A stretch of DNA of 62,718 nt, the filler included, from an uncultured bacterium (GTDB lineage: Bacteria; DAOPZR01), in assembly GCA_964637655.1 (NCBI GenBank). It is 26 parts of 26 records of this genome, joined end to end, with 100 filler letters (N's around TTAATTAATTAA, not from the genome) between each part and the next. Parts side by side here need not be neighbours in the genome. Positions count along the whole stretch, not along the records: positions 1 to 2,497 come from CAZWUZ010000408.1; positions 2,598 to 5,076 come from CAZWUZ010000409.1; positions 5,177 to 7,607 come from CAZWUZ010000411.1; positions 7,708 to 10,128 come from CAZWUZ010000412.1; 22 more parts are not named here. One strand, written 5' to 3'. The notes below the pieces were generated by a model. It saw nothing but the letters and a program-made list of their open reading frames with translations. It did no database searches and was not told the DNA's origin. Position 1 is the stretch's first letter; the number at the start of each line of letters is the position of its first letter. This document shows positions 1-8,709 of the stretch, one piece after another. The position numbers and the translations under genes are program-made.

Positions 1-77
1 CTTACCATATTGGGGTGAGGTTTTCTCCTTTTCCTCTACATGATAACTCCGTGGTAACAGCCCTGACCATGGCCGTT

Positions 78-1352
78 TCAGTCCGAGAAGACGAATTCGC
101 GGTCGCCGATGATAACGGTCATCCCGGCGGTACACCCCGCGGCGCGCAGCGCGTCGGAAACCCCGCGCTTCTCCAGCAGGCGCTGGAATGCCGCGAGCGC
201 TTCTTCGCTGGCGAAATCGGTCATCACCAGCCGGCGGCGCAGCCACGGGGCATCGAGGACAAAATCGCCGTCCTCGTTGCGGCTGACATGCACTGCCTGT
301 TCTTCCTCGGGGAGGCGGATGACCGGCGGCAGCGCATCGGGCGCCGCAGCCGGGCGCGGATGCTGCCGCGCGAGCGCAAAGAGGCGGTCGCGCAGGTCGT
401 CCATGCCGGTGCCATCCTGCGCCGAGATGCGGCAGACCTCGGTAGCGCCGAGTTTTTTCACCGCGGCTGTCACCTGGCGCTTTGTTTTCGTGTCGAGCAG
501 GTCGCACTTGGTGATGGCAATGACTTCCGGTTTGGACGCAAGGTCATGCCCGTAGCAGTCGAGTTCAGCGCGGATGACGCGGTAGCGTTCGACGAGGGAG
601 TCAACAGGAAGCGCCTCGACGAGATGAAGCAGCAGGCGGGTGCGTTCGACATGCTGCAGGAACCTGATGCCCATCCCCTTCCCCTGATGCGCGCCGGCGA
701 TGAGCCCGGGGAGGTCGGCCACCAGCAGTCCCGCCTCGGTTTCCGGGTCGCGCATGACCCCGAGCACCGGCTGCTTCGTGGTGAACGGGTAGGCGGCGAT
801 TTCGGGCGTGGCGGCGCTGATGGTGCTGAGCAGGGTCGACTTGCCCGCGTTGGGGAGGCCGAGCAGGCCGAGATCGGCGAGGAGCTTGAGTTCCAGACGC
901 ACCGTGCGCGCAACCGGCGGTTCCCCCAGTTCGCGGCGCCGCGGCGCGGGATTGCGCGCGGAGGCGAACGCGGTATTGCCGCGCCCGCCGCGCCCGCCCG
1001 GGGCGATGATTGCCTGCTGCCCGGGGAGGGCGAGGTCGGCAACCAGTTCGCCGGTGAGCACGTCGTAGACGAGCGTACCGACGGGCACGGGCACGACCGC
1101 ATCGGCGCCCGCCGCCCCCGTCATCTTCTTGCTGCGCCCGTGCGTCCCCGCCTGCGCCCGCACATGCGGGCGGAAGCGGAAATCGACCAGCGTGGTGAGC
1201 GCGGGGTCGGCGCGCAGAATGACATTGCCCCCCGCCCCGCCGGCGGCGCCGTCAGGCCCGCCGCGCGGAACGTACTTCTCGCGGCGGAAACTGACGCAGC
1301 CATCGCCGCCGCGCCCCCCCTCAGCCGTCAGGGTTGCCTGGTCGACAAACAT
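78..1352 (-). CDS. obgE: GTPase ObgE/CgtA
   Basis: Gly-rich Obg N-domain (MFVDQA..GGRGGDGCVSFRREKY), G1 GLPNAGKS, G2 YPFTT, G3 DLPG, G4 TKCD, C-terminal OCT domain; follows rpmA. Confidence 0.97.
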   Translation of the reverse strand: MFVDQATLTAEGGRGGDGCVSFRREKYVPRGGPDGAAGGAGGNVILRADPALTTLVDFRFRPHVRAQAGTHGRSKKMTGAAGADAVVPVPVGTLVYDVLTGELVADLALPGQQAIIAPGGRGGRGNTAFASARNPAPRRRELGEPPVARTVRLELKLLADLGLLGLPNAGKSTLLSTISAATPEIAAYPFTTKQPVLGVMRDPETEAGLLVADLPGLIAGAHQGKGMGIRFLQHVERTRLLLHLVEALPVDSLVERYRVIRAELDCYGHDLASKPEVIAITKCDLLDTKTKRQVTAAVKKLGATEVCRISAQDGTGMDDLRDRLFALARQHPRPAAAPDALPPVIRLPEEEQAVHVSRNEDGDFVLDAPWLRRRLVMTDFASEEALAAFQRLLEKRGVSDALRAAGCTAGMTVIIGDREFVFSD

Positions 1353-1376
1353 GCGCGCGCGCGGTCCGTCCGGGCG

Positions 1377-1631
1377 TCAGCCCGCGATGACCGACACGCG
1401 GCGATTCTGCTTGCTCGGGCAGATGAACTTGACCATGCCGTCGACGAGCGCGAAGAGCGTGTCATCGCTGCCGATCCCGACATTCTCGCCCGCCTTGTAG
1501 CGCGTGCCGCGCTGGCGGATGAGCACCGTGCCGGCGGTCACCTTCTGCCCGTCGTGGCGCTTGACTCCGAGCCGCTGCGCGTTCGAGTCGCGCCCGTTGC
1601 GTGAACTGCCAACGCCTTTCTTATGTGCCAT
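1377..1631 (-). CDS. rpmA: 50S ribosomal protein L27 (short form, no N-terminal extension)
   Basis: [35 protein letters not shown] upstream. Confidence 0.98.
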   Translation of the reverse strand: MAHKKGVGSSRNGRDSNAQRLGVKRHDGQKVTAGTVLIRQRGTRYKAGENVGIGSDDTLFALVDGMVKFICPSKQNRRVSVIAG

Positions 1632-1977
1632 GTTCTTCCTCCTCCGTCTCCGTTTCCATACGGACCGTGATATGCTGCGGATACTGCGCCTGCAGCAGGC
1701 CGAGGCCGTGCTGCAGGGAACGCCAGAGCGCTGCCGCCGCCGCCGCCTGCCGTGCGTCAGGCACGGGCAGCGTCGCGGCGAGGGCGCCCGCCTCGCGCCG
1801 CGTGATGTCCGCCGCGAGGTTCCAGTCGCGGGCGAGCGTCAGCAGCAGCGTGTCGGCAAGGATGCTGACCGCCGCGCAGAGCGGATCATGCCCGCGCGCG
1901 GCCATGCCGGCATGTCCCGTGACGGTCAGCGCGCGGGGTATCCCGCCCGCCGTCTGCCGCAGGACGACCGTGAGCAC
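1621..1977 (-). CDS. prp: Ribosomal-processing cysteine protease Prp family protein
   Basis: Lies between rplU and rpmA; GHA..D.LCAAVS motif with catalytic His and Cys; C-terminal L..QYP.HI. Confidence 0.88.
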   Translation of the reverse strand: MLTVVLRQTAGGIPRALTVTGHAGMAARGHDPLCAAVSILADTLLLTLARDWNLAADITRREAGALAATLPVPDARQAAAAAALWRSLQHGLGLLQAQYPQHITVRMETETEEEEHGT

Positions 1978-1982
1978 CGCCG

Positions 1983-2291
1983 TCAGGCGATGGCCGTCAC
2001 CTTGACATCGGTGAGCGACGCGCGGCTGCCGCGGATACGCTGCGAGTTCTTGCGCCGGCGGTAGCGGAACGCCACGACCTTCTCGCCGCGCTTCTGCCCG
2101 ACGATGGTCCCCTCGACCTTCGCGCCCTCGACCAGCGGGGTGCCGAGGCGGAACTTCGCCCCGTCAGCCACGAAGAGCACCCGGTCGAACACCACCTTTT
2201 CACCCGCCTCACCGGCGAGTTTCGCCACGGTGATGACATCACCCTTGGCCACTTTGAACTGCTGACTGCCACTCTGCACAATCGCGTACAT
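1983..2291 (-). CDS. rplU: 50S ribosomal protein L21
   Basis: MYAIVQSGSQQFKV..GTPLVEGAKV..YRRRKN; start reassigned to ATG 2291 behind a GAGGAG RBS. Confidence 0.97.
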   Translation of the reverse strand: MYAIVQSGSQQFKVAKGDVITVAKLAGEAGEKVVFDRVLFVADGAKFRLGTPLVEGAKVEGTIVGQKRGEKVVAFRYRRRKNSQRIRGSRASLTDVKVTAIA

Positions 2292-2314
2292 CGTCGTACT
2301 CCTCTCCGTCACGC

Positions 2315-2497
2315 TCAATGCGTGTAATCGCTGTAGATCGCCCGCTCCGCGAGCGGCACCCCTGCCTGGTTGTACGGCGAGTCCGGGGCGATAAAATACC
2401 AGCTGACCAGCCACCCGCACAGCATCGCCGTGCCCAGCGCCACCGCGACGAACGCGGCGCGCACTCTCCTGTGCGACATCCGGAGCGGGACCTGGTC
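2315..2497 (-). CDS. C-terminal fragment of a membrane protein (truncated by contig end)
   Basis: Open frame ..AAFVAVALGTAMLCGWLVSWYFIAPDSPYNQAGVPLAERAIYSDYTH* translated by hand. Confidence 0.6.
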   Translation of the reverse strand, partial: DQVPLRMSHRRVRAAFVAVALGTAMLCGWLVSWYFIAPDSPYNQAGVPLAERAIYSDYTH

Positions 2498-2597
2498 NNN
2501 NNNNNNNNNNNNNNNNNNNNNNNNNNNNNNNNNNNNNNNNNTTAATTAATTAANNNNNNNNNNNNNNNNNNNNNNNNNNNNNNNNNNNNNNNNNNNN
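2498..2597. other. Artificial contig linker (first of 25)
   Basis: 44 N + TTAATTAATTAA (stops in all frames) + 44 N; identical linkers start at 5077, 7608, 10129, 12632, 15126, 17609, 20090, 22541, 24991, 27431, 29856, 32279, 34699, 37099, 39497, 41888, 44238, 46587, 48929, 51193, 53507, 55813, 58119, 60420. Confidence 0.99.
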
Positions 2598-2598
2598 C

Positions 2599-5076
2599 CG
2601 CGGGCTCGATGTCAGCCATGGCGACCGCGCGCGGATCACCGCCGACCTGCGCGACGAGGCGCGGCGCCGCGGCTGGACGCTGGCGCAGCATATCGCCCAC
2701 CCGGCGGCCATCCCGCTCCACCTGCTGCGCTATTTCAGTTTCGCGGAGAAGTACCATACGGCCGATCCGGGGTCGCTCCCCGGGCACGAGACGCTGTTCG
2801 ACGCGCTGCGGCGCGCGGGCAAAGAGTGGCTCTGGCTCGGCTATCCCGACGGGCCCGGCACGACGGACGGGGTGCTGCAGGCGTTCCGCGAGCGGCATAC
2901 GGGCGACGAGGCGCTCATCTACCTGCACTTCTCGGAGCTCGACTGGGTGGGGCACAGTGACGGACCGCATACGCCGCGGCAGCGCACCACGCTGGCGGCG
3001 ATCGATGCCGCGCTCCGCCAGGTCTGCGCGCAGCTCAACCGCACGCGGCCGGCCGTGCGCAGCGTCATCTTCGGCGATCACGGGCAGGTGGCGGTGACGC
3101 GGCACCTCGACCTCGGCGCGCGGCTGCGGGCGACCGGGCTGGCCGAGGAGCAGGACTACCTCTGTTTCCTCGACTCGACGCAGGCGCGCTTCTGGTTTTT
3201 CACCGGGCAGGCCCGCGCGGTTATCACCGCGCTGCTCGCCGCGCTGCCCGAGGGGCGGATCCTGACCGGCGCGGACCGCGCCCGGCTGCACTGCCGCTTT
3301 GCGGACAACCGCTTCGGCGACCTGGTGTTCGTGGTGCATGACCATACCGGCATCTACCCCGATTATTTTCAGGGCGAAACGCCGTGCAGGGGGCTGCATG
3401 GCTACCTGCCGGAGGTGACGGGCAACCGGGCGCAGCTGCTTGTGACGGGCTGCGGGATGCAGGCGCAGCTCGAACCGATCGTGCCGCTGACCGCGCTCTA
3501 CCCGACGCTGCTGGCGCTGCTCGATTGTCCCGTCCCGGCGGCGGTGGCGGTGCCGCCGGTGCTGCCGCGCGAGCAGCTGGTGCCCGTGCCGCCCGCCTGC
3601 GCCGCCACCGTGGTGGTGCCGACGCACAACCGCTGCGACCGGCAGCGCTGCCTCGCGGCGCTCGCCCGGCAGGCGGACGTGCCGGGCGGCTTCGAGGTGG
3701 TGGTGGTCGATGACGGCTCGACGGACGGCACCGCGCCGTTGCTCGCCGGCTGGCAGACCACCCTGCGCCGGCGCTGCCTGCGGCAGGAGGCGGCGGGTCC
3801 GGCGGTGGCGCGCAACCGCGCCGTCCGCGAGGCCGCGGGCGCGGTCATCATCTTCATCGGCGACGATATCATCGTGCCGCCTGATTTTGTCGCGCGCCAT
3901 GTCGCGTTCCATCGCGACTGGCCGCAGGCGGGGCATGCCTGCCTCGGGCTGGTCGACTGGCCGGCGGCGGCGCCGCGGGACGTGCTGACGGAGCTGGTAA
4001 CCGCGCCGGAGGGGGGGCACCAGTTCTGCTGGCACCTGGTGCGCCAGCAGGATCCCGACAACCTGGCGCCGGACTTTTTCTGGACGAGCAACCTCTCGTG
4101 CAAGCGGCAGTTCATGCTGACCCACGGGCTGTTTGACGAGGATCGGTTCCGGCATGCGCTGTGGGAGGATGTCGAACTCGGCTACCGGCTGCGGGCGGCG
4201 GGACTGGTGCTCCATTTCCGCGAGACGATCCGTGTCGAGCATGAGCATCCGGTGGCGTTTGCCGCGTTTCTCGAGCGGCAGCGGCTGCTGGGGTGGTACA
4301 GCCATGACCTCGCGGAGCACGGGTTCGCCGCGCGCTATCAGCCGGAAGGAGCGGAGCGGCAGCGGGTCTACGCCCGCAGCGTGTTGCCGGAAATGATCGC
4401 GGCCATGGCGGCGCTCACCGCTGACGGCGCCCCGCGCGAACTGCTGCAGCGCGCGTATAACCACTGTTTCCGCTATGCCGCCGTGCTCGGTTTTCTCGAA
4501 CGCGCCGGGCAGGCCGGTGCGACGGCGCCGCCGTACGACCTGACGACGGAACTGGCGCGTGAACAACAGGAACGCGAGGCACAGCAGCGGGCGGAGGACC
4601 GCCGCCGCGTGGCAGCGGGGCTGGCCCGTCCGCAGGCGGCAGTCGTGGCGGCACGCCTGGACCGGCACCTGGCTTACGGCGGCCGCGTGGCGTGCCTGCT
4701 GCATCCGCGCCCGCTGACGGAACCGGAGGCGGATACGCAGCTGCTGGCGCGCTGGACCGGGCTGCTGACGGAGCAGGGCGTCGCGCTGGCCGGGCTGGAA
4801 GCGGCGGCAGCGGTGCTCATCACCTACTGGTGGCAGGTGCGCGACCTGGCGCCGGCGGTGCGCCGTGAGCGGCCGCAGGCGCGGCTTGTGGCGCTGGCGC
4901 TGGGCGGGTATCAGCGGGCGGTGCGTGCGGCTGCGACTGCCTGCCATCCCGAACAGCTGCAGCAGGCGGTGCTCCGCCGCGACGCTGATCTTGCCGGGCT
5001 GCGGCAGGCGGACCTGGTGCTGACGCTGCGGGCGGACGACGCGGCCTGGCTGGCGCAGGAGCTGGCCGGGAGCGGC
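2599..5076 (+). CDS. Multidomain protein: alkaline-phosphatase/phosphodiesterase superfamily domain + GT2 glycosyltransferase + further domain (open at both ends)
   Basis: Frame is open across the whole contig; ELDWVGHSDGP, FGDHGQ and GLHGY metal-ligand motifs, then VVVPTHNR, VVVDDGSTD, ARN, IFIGDD and WEDVELGYRL GT2 motifs. Confidence 0.85.
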
Positions 5077-5176
5077 NNNNNNNNNNNNNNNNNNNNNNNN
5101 NNNNNNNNNNNNNNNNNNNNTTAATTAATTAANNNNNNNNNNNNNNNNNNNNNNNNNNNNNNNNNNNNNNNNNNNN

Positions 5177-5422
5177 GACCGTAACAGTTCGCGTTGCCCG
5201 CACCGTGGTCGCCTGATGGATGATCGTCCTGATCTGCTTGCGCACTTCGTGCAGGAGCTGACCGGGCAGCTTATGTGCCGGTTTTTCGACCGTCAGCAGC
5301 AATGCCCGCTCGATTTCCCGGTTTATGCAGATGGTATGCCGCGATGCTACCAGCAGTGCCTTGGCCGGCATTCCGCCGAAAGCGGCAGAGATGATAACGT
5401 TGGCGTCAACGACGATTTTCAC
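5177..5422 (-). CDS. PIN-domain toxin (VapC-like), 3' truncated
   Basis: VKIVVDANVIISA PIN N-terminal motif; overlaps the antitoxin stop. Confidence 0.85.
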
Positions 5423-5651
5423 GCGCCAATTCTTCCCGGGCGCTGGCAAGGGCACGCAGCGCGTCGCGCTTGCTGATTCCCGCCTCGGCAAACACCTGGC
5501 CGAGTTTCAGCACTGCCGCCTGCAGCGATTTCGGCGCGATCGGCGATACGGTTGCCACCGGCTGCTGCCGGCGGGTAATCACCAGTTCCTCCCCGCTGCT
5601 GAGGTAGCGGGTGGCATTGATCTTGAAGTCACGGACATTCACATAGCGCAT
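5406..5651 (-). CDS. Phd/YefM family antitoxin
   Basis: MRYVNVRDFK..GEELVITRRQQPVATV; AGGAGG RBS; directly upstream of the PIN gene. Confidence 0.85.
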   Translation of the reverse strand: MRYVNVRDFKINATRYLSSGEELVITRRQQPVATVSPIAPKSLQAAVLKLGQVFAEAGISKRDALRALASAREELARENRR

Positions 5652-5729
5652 GGGCTCCTCCTTGCGCTAATGACACTACTCATGTAGTCACTTGGCAACG
5701 CCACCAGCAGAACATGGCCTGAATACCAG

Positions 5730-6032
5730 TTGCAGGCGATTCCACCCGATGAGCCGCGCCTGCTGCTGGCCACGGGACGGTATATCGGCGAAGGATTCGA
5801 TGATGCCCGCCTCGCTACCCTGCTGCTGACCATGCCCGTATCCTGGCGCGGCACCCTGCAGCAATACGCCGGGCGCCTGCACCGCTATCATGCCGACAAG
5901 CAGGATGTGCGCATCTACGATTATGTCGACCATGCCGTGCCGATGCTCCGCCGGATGTTCGCCCGGCGCGAGCGCAACTATCGCGCGCTTAGCTGCCGGT
6001 CAGACAGCGCGGCCGAGCCCGCGCTTTTCTGA
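5730..6032 (+). pseudogene. C-terminal remnant of an SF2 DEAD/DEAH (ResIII-like) helicase
   Basis: LATGRYIGEGFDDARL..QQYAGRLHR..VRIYDYVD (motifs V/VI); Walker A/B half is absent and there is no good start. Confidence 0.75.
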
Positions 6033-6097
6033 ACCCTCCTCCTGCGATTGCAGTCGGCGCCAGTTGATGATTTGCCACAACGGACAGCGAAAATACA

Positions 6098-6126
6098 TTG
6101 ACTGCCCCCCGGTTCAATGGTAAAAT
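6098..6126 (+). promoter_or_regulatory. sigma70-type promoter of the DUF4160/DUF2442 operon
   Basis: TTGACT-17bp-TAAAAT with TG extended -10. Confidence 0.75.
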
Positions 6127-6148
6127 AGTGGGTGGAGGGATTAGCCAG

Positions 6149-6418
6149 ATGCCGACCATCTCGATGTTTTATGGGATCATCGTTTCGGTGTATTACGAGG
6201 ATACCGGGCGTCACCACCAGCCGCACATTCATATTCGCTATCAGGATTTCAAGGCGTCATTAGCGATTGCTGATGGGTCGGTTCTCGCCGGCGAAGTTCC
6301 TCCACGGCAATTGAAAATGGTTCAGGTATGGATGGATCTACACAGAGATGAGTTGATAGCGGATTGGCAGCTGGCAGTTGCCGGTGACGAACCATTCCGG
6401 ATCGCGCCGCTGCAGTAG
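6149..6418 (+). CDS. DUF4160 family protein (putative TA toxin)
   Basis: MPTISMFYGIIVSVYY..HHQPHIH..W..LH.DEL..W; GGAGG RBS. Confidence 0.88.
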   Translation: MPTISMFYGIIVSVYYEDTGRHHQPHIHIRYQDFKASLAIADGSVLAGEVPPRQLKMVQVWMDLHRDELIADWQLAVAGDEPFRIAPLQ

Positions 6419-6434
6419 TCAAGGAGACGGTAAA

Positions 6435-6677
6435 ATGGAAATGCTTATAGACGTCGTCAGCGTCACTGCGCATGCGGATAATTCTTTGCTTTTGGTCTTT
6501 GAAAACGGTCAACGCCGCCGGTTTGACATGACGCCATTGCTGGAGAAAAAGCCATTTTCCCGACTCAAAGGTTCCCCGCTCTTTTTCCAGGCATCTATTG
6601 GTTTGGGCACGGTCGTCTGGCCGGGCAATATTGATATTGCACCGGAAACGCTATGGGACAGGTCGGTGCCTGTGTAG
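6435..6677 (+). CDS. DUF2442 family protein (putative antitoxin partner)
   Basis: L.LVFENG..RRFDM.P..F..GTVVWPGNIDIAPETLW; AAGGAG RBS; canonical partner of DUF4160. Confidence 0.88.
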   Translation: MEMLIDVVSVTAHADNSLLLVFENGQRRRFDMTPLLEKKPFSRLKGSPLFFQASIGLGTVVWPGNIDIAPETLWDRSVPV

Positions 6678-6713
6678 TCTGTTTTCCGCTGATTTTGCAA
6701 CCAGGTGTGAATC

Positions 6714-7028
6714 ATGAAACGTCGAACCGCACAATCGCTGCATAGCCTTATTGCCGGTACCCTGACCACCCCGGAAAGCAGGATCATGTTTGCCGGGCAG
6801 CGTTTCCACCTGCAGGTTGCACACTGGGTGGCTGACCTGCGCCGGACACTCGGGATTTCTCAGGCCGAGCTTGCCCGCCGCGCCCGTGTCAGCCAGCCGC
6901 TCATTGCGCGCCTGGAAAAGGGCGACCAGCGTCCCGTCCCGACCTTCGCGACAATCAACCGGTTGCTGCATGCGCTTGGCTACTCGCTCGAAATCGCCAT
7001 CAAGCCAACGCGCCGGCTCGCCGCCTGA
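6714..7028 (+). CDS. XRE-family helix-turn-helix protein (HigA/HipB-like)
   Basis: LRRTLGISQAELARRARVSQPLIARLEKG..PTFATINRLLHALG. Confidence 0.85.
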   Translation: MKRRTAQSLHSLIAGTLTTPESRIMFAGQRFHLQVAHWVADLRRTLGISQAELARRARVSQPLIARLEKGDQRPVPTFATINRLLHALGYSLEIAIKPTRRLAA

Positions 7029-7372
7029 CAAAGGTAGCCATCGTTTATTGCAGCATTCAGCATACTGCGAAACGGCAGTACTAGTTTCGCGCAGTATACC
7101 CGCAGCAGTTTTTTGTCTATCTATCGGAGCAAAGGTTCCGCGACCGTGGATTTCCGAGACCTGTATGGCTCCCCGCGCCAGACTCGGCGAGCGCCTTACT
7201 GTGGTTCGGCTATCGGGTCCAGTTCAGGCGCGGCGCCAGGCGTCACACCACTTTGCACACCGGCAGCGTCTTGTCTATCAGCGGATTGCAATCCACAAAC
7301 ACTAATTCCCGCCAATCTGACCAGGGATCAACAGCACATCACGAAAACGTTTGCCATCCGGATACATCGCCG

Positions 7373-7433
7373 ATATAACGATCAGCGTCCAGCGGGTGCT
7401 GCTGTTTGCGCCCGCTACGACGCGAAGTTATGC
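7373..7433 (-). mobile_element. Integron attC recombination site
   Basis: Minus strand GCATAAC..GCGTCGTAGCGGGCGC-loop-GCACCCGCTGGACGC..GTTATAT; AAC/GTT cores, imperfect inner arms with an extrahelical base, 61 bp, cassette stop codon inside the inverse core. Confidence 0.75.
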
Positions 7434-7607
7434 GCATCTGATATTTCTTATTTCTTCTCTCCCGAATACATATACTTCCCTGCTTTTTATTATTTGAAAA
7501 ACATCGTTCATATCCGTATCTCTAATATCTTTTATTTCTATGAGGTGTATGAAGTACTTCAACCTATCGTTTGGCTTAACGATGTCAACCGCCCTTTGAA
7601 TCTTCTT
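7428..7607 (-). CDS. AT-rich gene-cassette ORF, C-terminal 59 aa (5' truncated)
   Basis: KKIQRAVDIVKPNDRLKYFIHLIEIKDIRDTDMNDVFQIIKSREVYVFGREEIRNIRCA* translated by hand; its TAA is part of the attC. Confidence 0.7.
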   Translation of the reverse strand, partial: KKIQRAVDIVKPNDRLKYFIHLIEIKDIRDTDMNDVFQIIKSREVYVFGREEIRNIRCA

Positions 7608-7713
7608 NNNNNNNNNNNNNNNNNNNNNNNNNNNNNNNNNNNNNNNNNNNNTTAATTAATTAANNNNNNNNNNNNNNNNNNNNNNNNNNNNNNNNNNNNN
7701 NNNNNNNGGACTG

Positions 7714-8709
7714 ATGGCGAAGGGACAGGAAACGGCGGAGACCATCGACCGGGTGCGCGAGAAACTCAACCGCGCGCGCGCGGCGCTGAAAGGCGAATTC
7801 ACCGGCAAGGACGAACTGGTCGACCTGCTCTTCATCGGGGCGGCGGCGCAGGAGCCGGTGCTGCTCGTCGGGCCGCCCGGCACCGCCAAGTCGGACCTCG
7901 TCGTGCGTTTTGCCGAGGCCATCGGGGTCGCCGGCGAGGACTACTTCGAGTACATGCTGACGCGGTTCACCGAGCCGTCGGAGATTTTCGGGCCGGTCGA
8001 CCTCGCGAAACTGCGCGCGGGCGAGTACTGGCGGCGCACCGCGGGCAAACTCCCCGAGGCGTCGGTGGTCTTCCTCGATGAGATCTTCAAGGCGAACAGC
8101 GCGATTCTCAACGCGCTGCTGACCGTCATCAACGAGCGCAAGTTCTACCAGGCGGGCCGCCCGCACCCGGTGCAGCTCAAGGTGCTGTTCGCCGCCGCCA
8201 ACGAGGTGGCGCCCGAGGGCGACCTGGCGGCGCTGCGCGACCGCTTCCCGCTCAAGGCGCTGTCCGACAACGTCTGGGAACGCGACTTCGACGCGCTCGT
8301 GCGCGCCGGGCTGCGCGGCGACACCGCCCGCGCGCTCGGGCAGAAGCCGTGGGCGCAGGGACTGACGACGCTCGATGACCTGCTCGCGCTGCGCGGCTAT
8401 TTCGACCGGCAGACGCAGCGGCAACTCGAGGGACGCACCGGGGTGCCGCTCGACCAGCAGCTCGATTTCGAACCGGACGCGCTGGCGCAGCTGCAGGTCA
8501 TCCTGCGGGCCTGCGCGCAGGACCTGCACCTCGAACTTTCCGACCGCAAGGTGGTCAAACTCATCCGCCTGCTGCGCATCCGCGCGCTGCTGTTCCATGG
8601 CGGGCGGGTGTCCACGGACGACCTGACGCTGCTGCGCTACCTCGGGAGCACGCGCGCTGAACTGACGGCGGGGCGCGAACTCGTCGACCAGATCCTGCAG
8701 CGTGGCTGA
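7714..8709 (+). CDS. MoxR-family AAA+ ATPase (RavA-like)
   Basis: GPPGTAKS Walker A, YMLTRFTEPSEIFGP, FLDEIFKANSAILNALLT, ALRDRF. Confidence 0.92.
   Translation: MAKGQETAETIDRVREKLNRARAALKGEFTGKDELVDLLFIGAAAQEPVLLVGPPGTAKSDLVVRFAEAIGVAGEDYFEYMLTRFTEPSEIFGPVDLAKLRAGEYWRRTAGKLPEASVVFLDEIFKANSAILNALLTVINERKFYQAGRPHPVQLKVLFAAANEVAPEGDLAALRDRFPLKALSDNVWERDFDALVRAGLRGDTARALGQKPWAQGLTTLDDLLALRGYFDRQTQRQLEGRTGVPLDQQLDFEPDALAQLQVILRACAQDLHLELSDRKVVKLIRLLRIRALLFHGGRVSTDDLTLLRYLGSTRAELTAGRELVDQILQRG

Noticed and set aside
15-1604. Long antisense ORFs in the track (15-1604, 2542-4947, 7660-8949, 44290-46377 and similar)
   Set aside because: Shadow frames of GC-rich genes on the opposite strand, with no recognisable motifs.
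2292-2400. Possible L21 leader RNA upstream of rplU
   Set aside because: The region is the coding 3' end of an upstream membrane-protein gene (stop at 2315), and the leader-like words are on the wrong strand.
2542-2553. TTAATTAATTAA recurring about every 2.3-2.5 kb as a CRISPR-like or biological repeat
   Set aside because: Always embedded in N runs; it is an artificial all-frame stop linker.
7113-7655. 180-aa plus-strand ORF
   Set aside because: The minus-strand frame gives a more natural protein ending exactly in the attC site.
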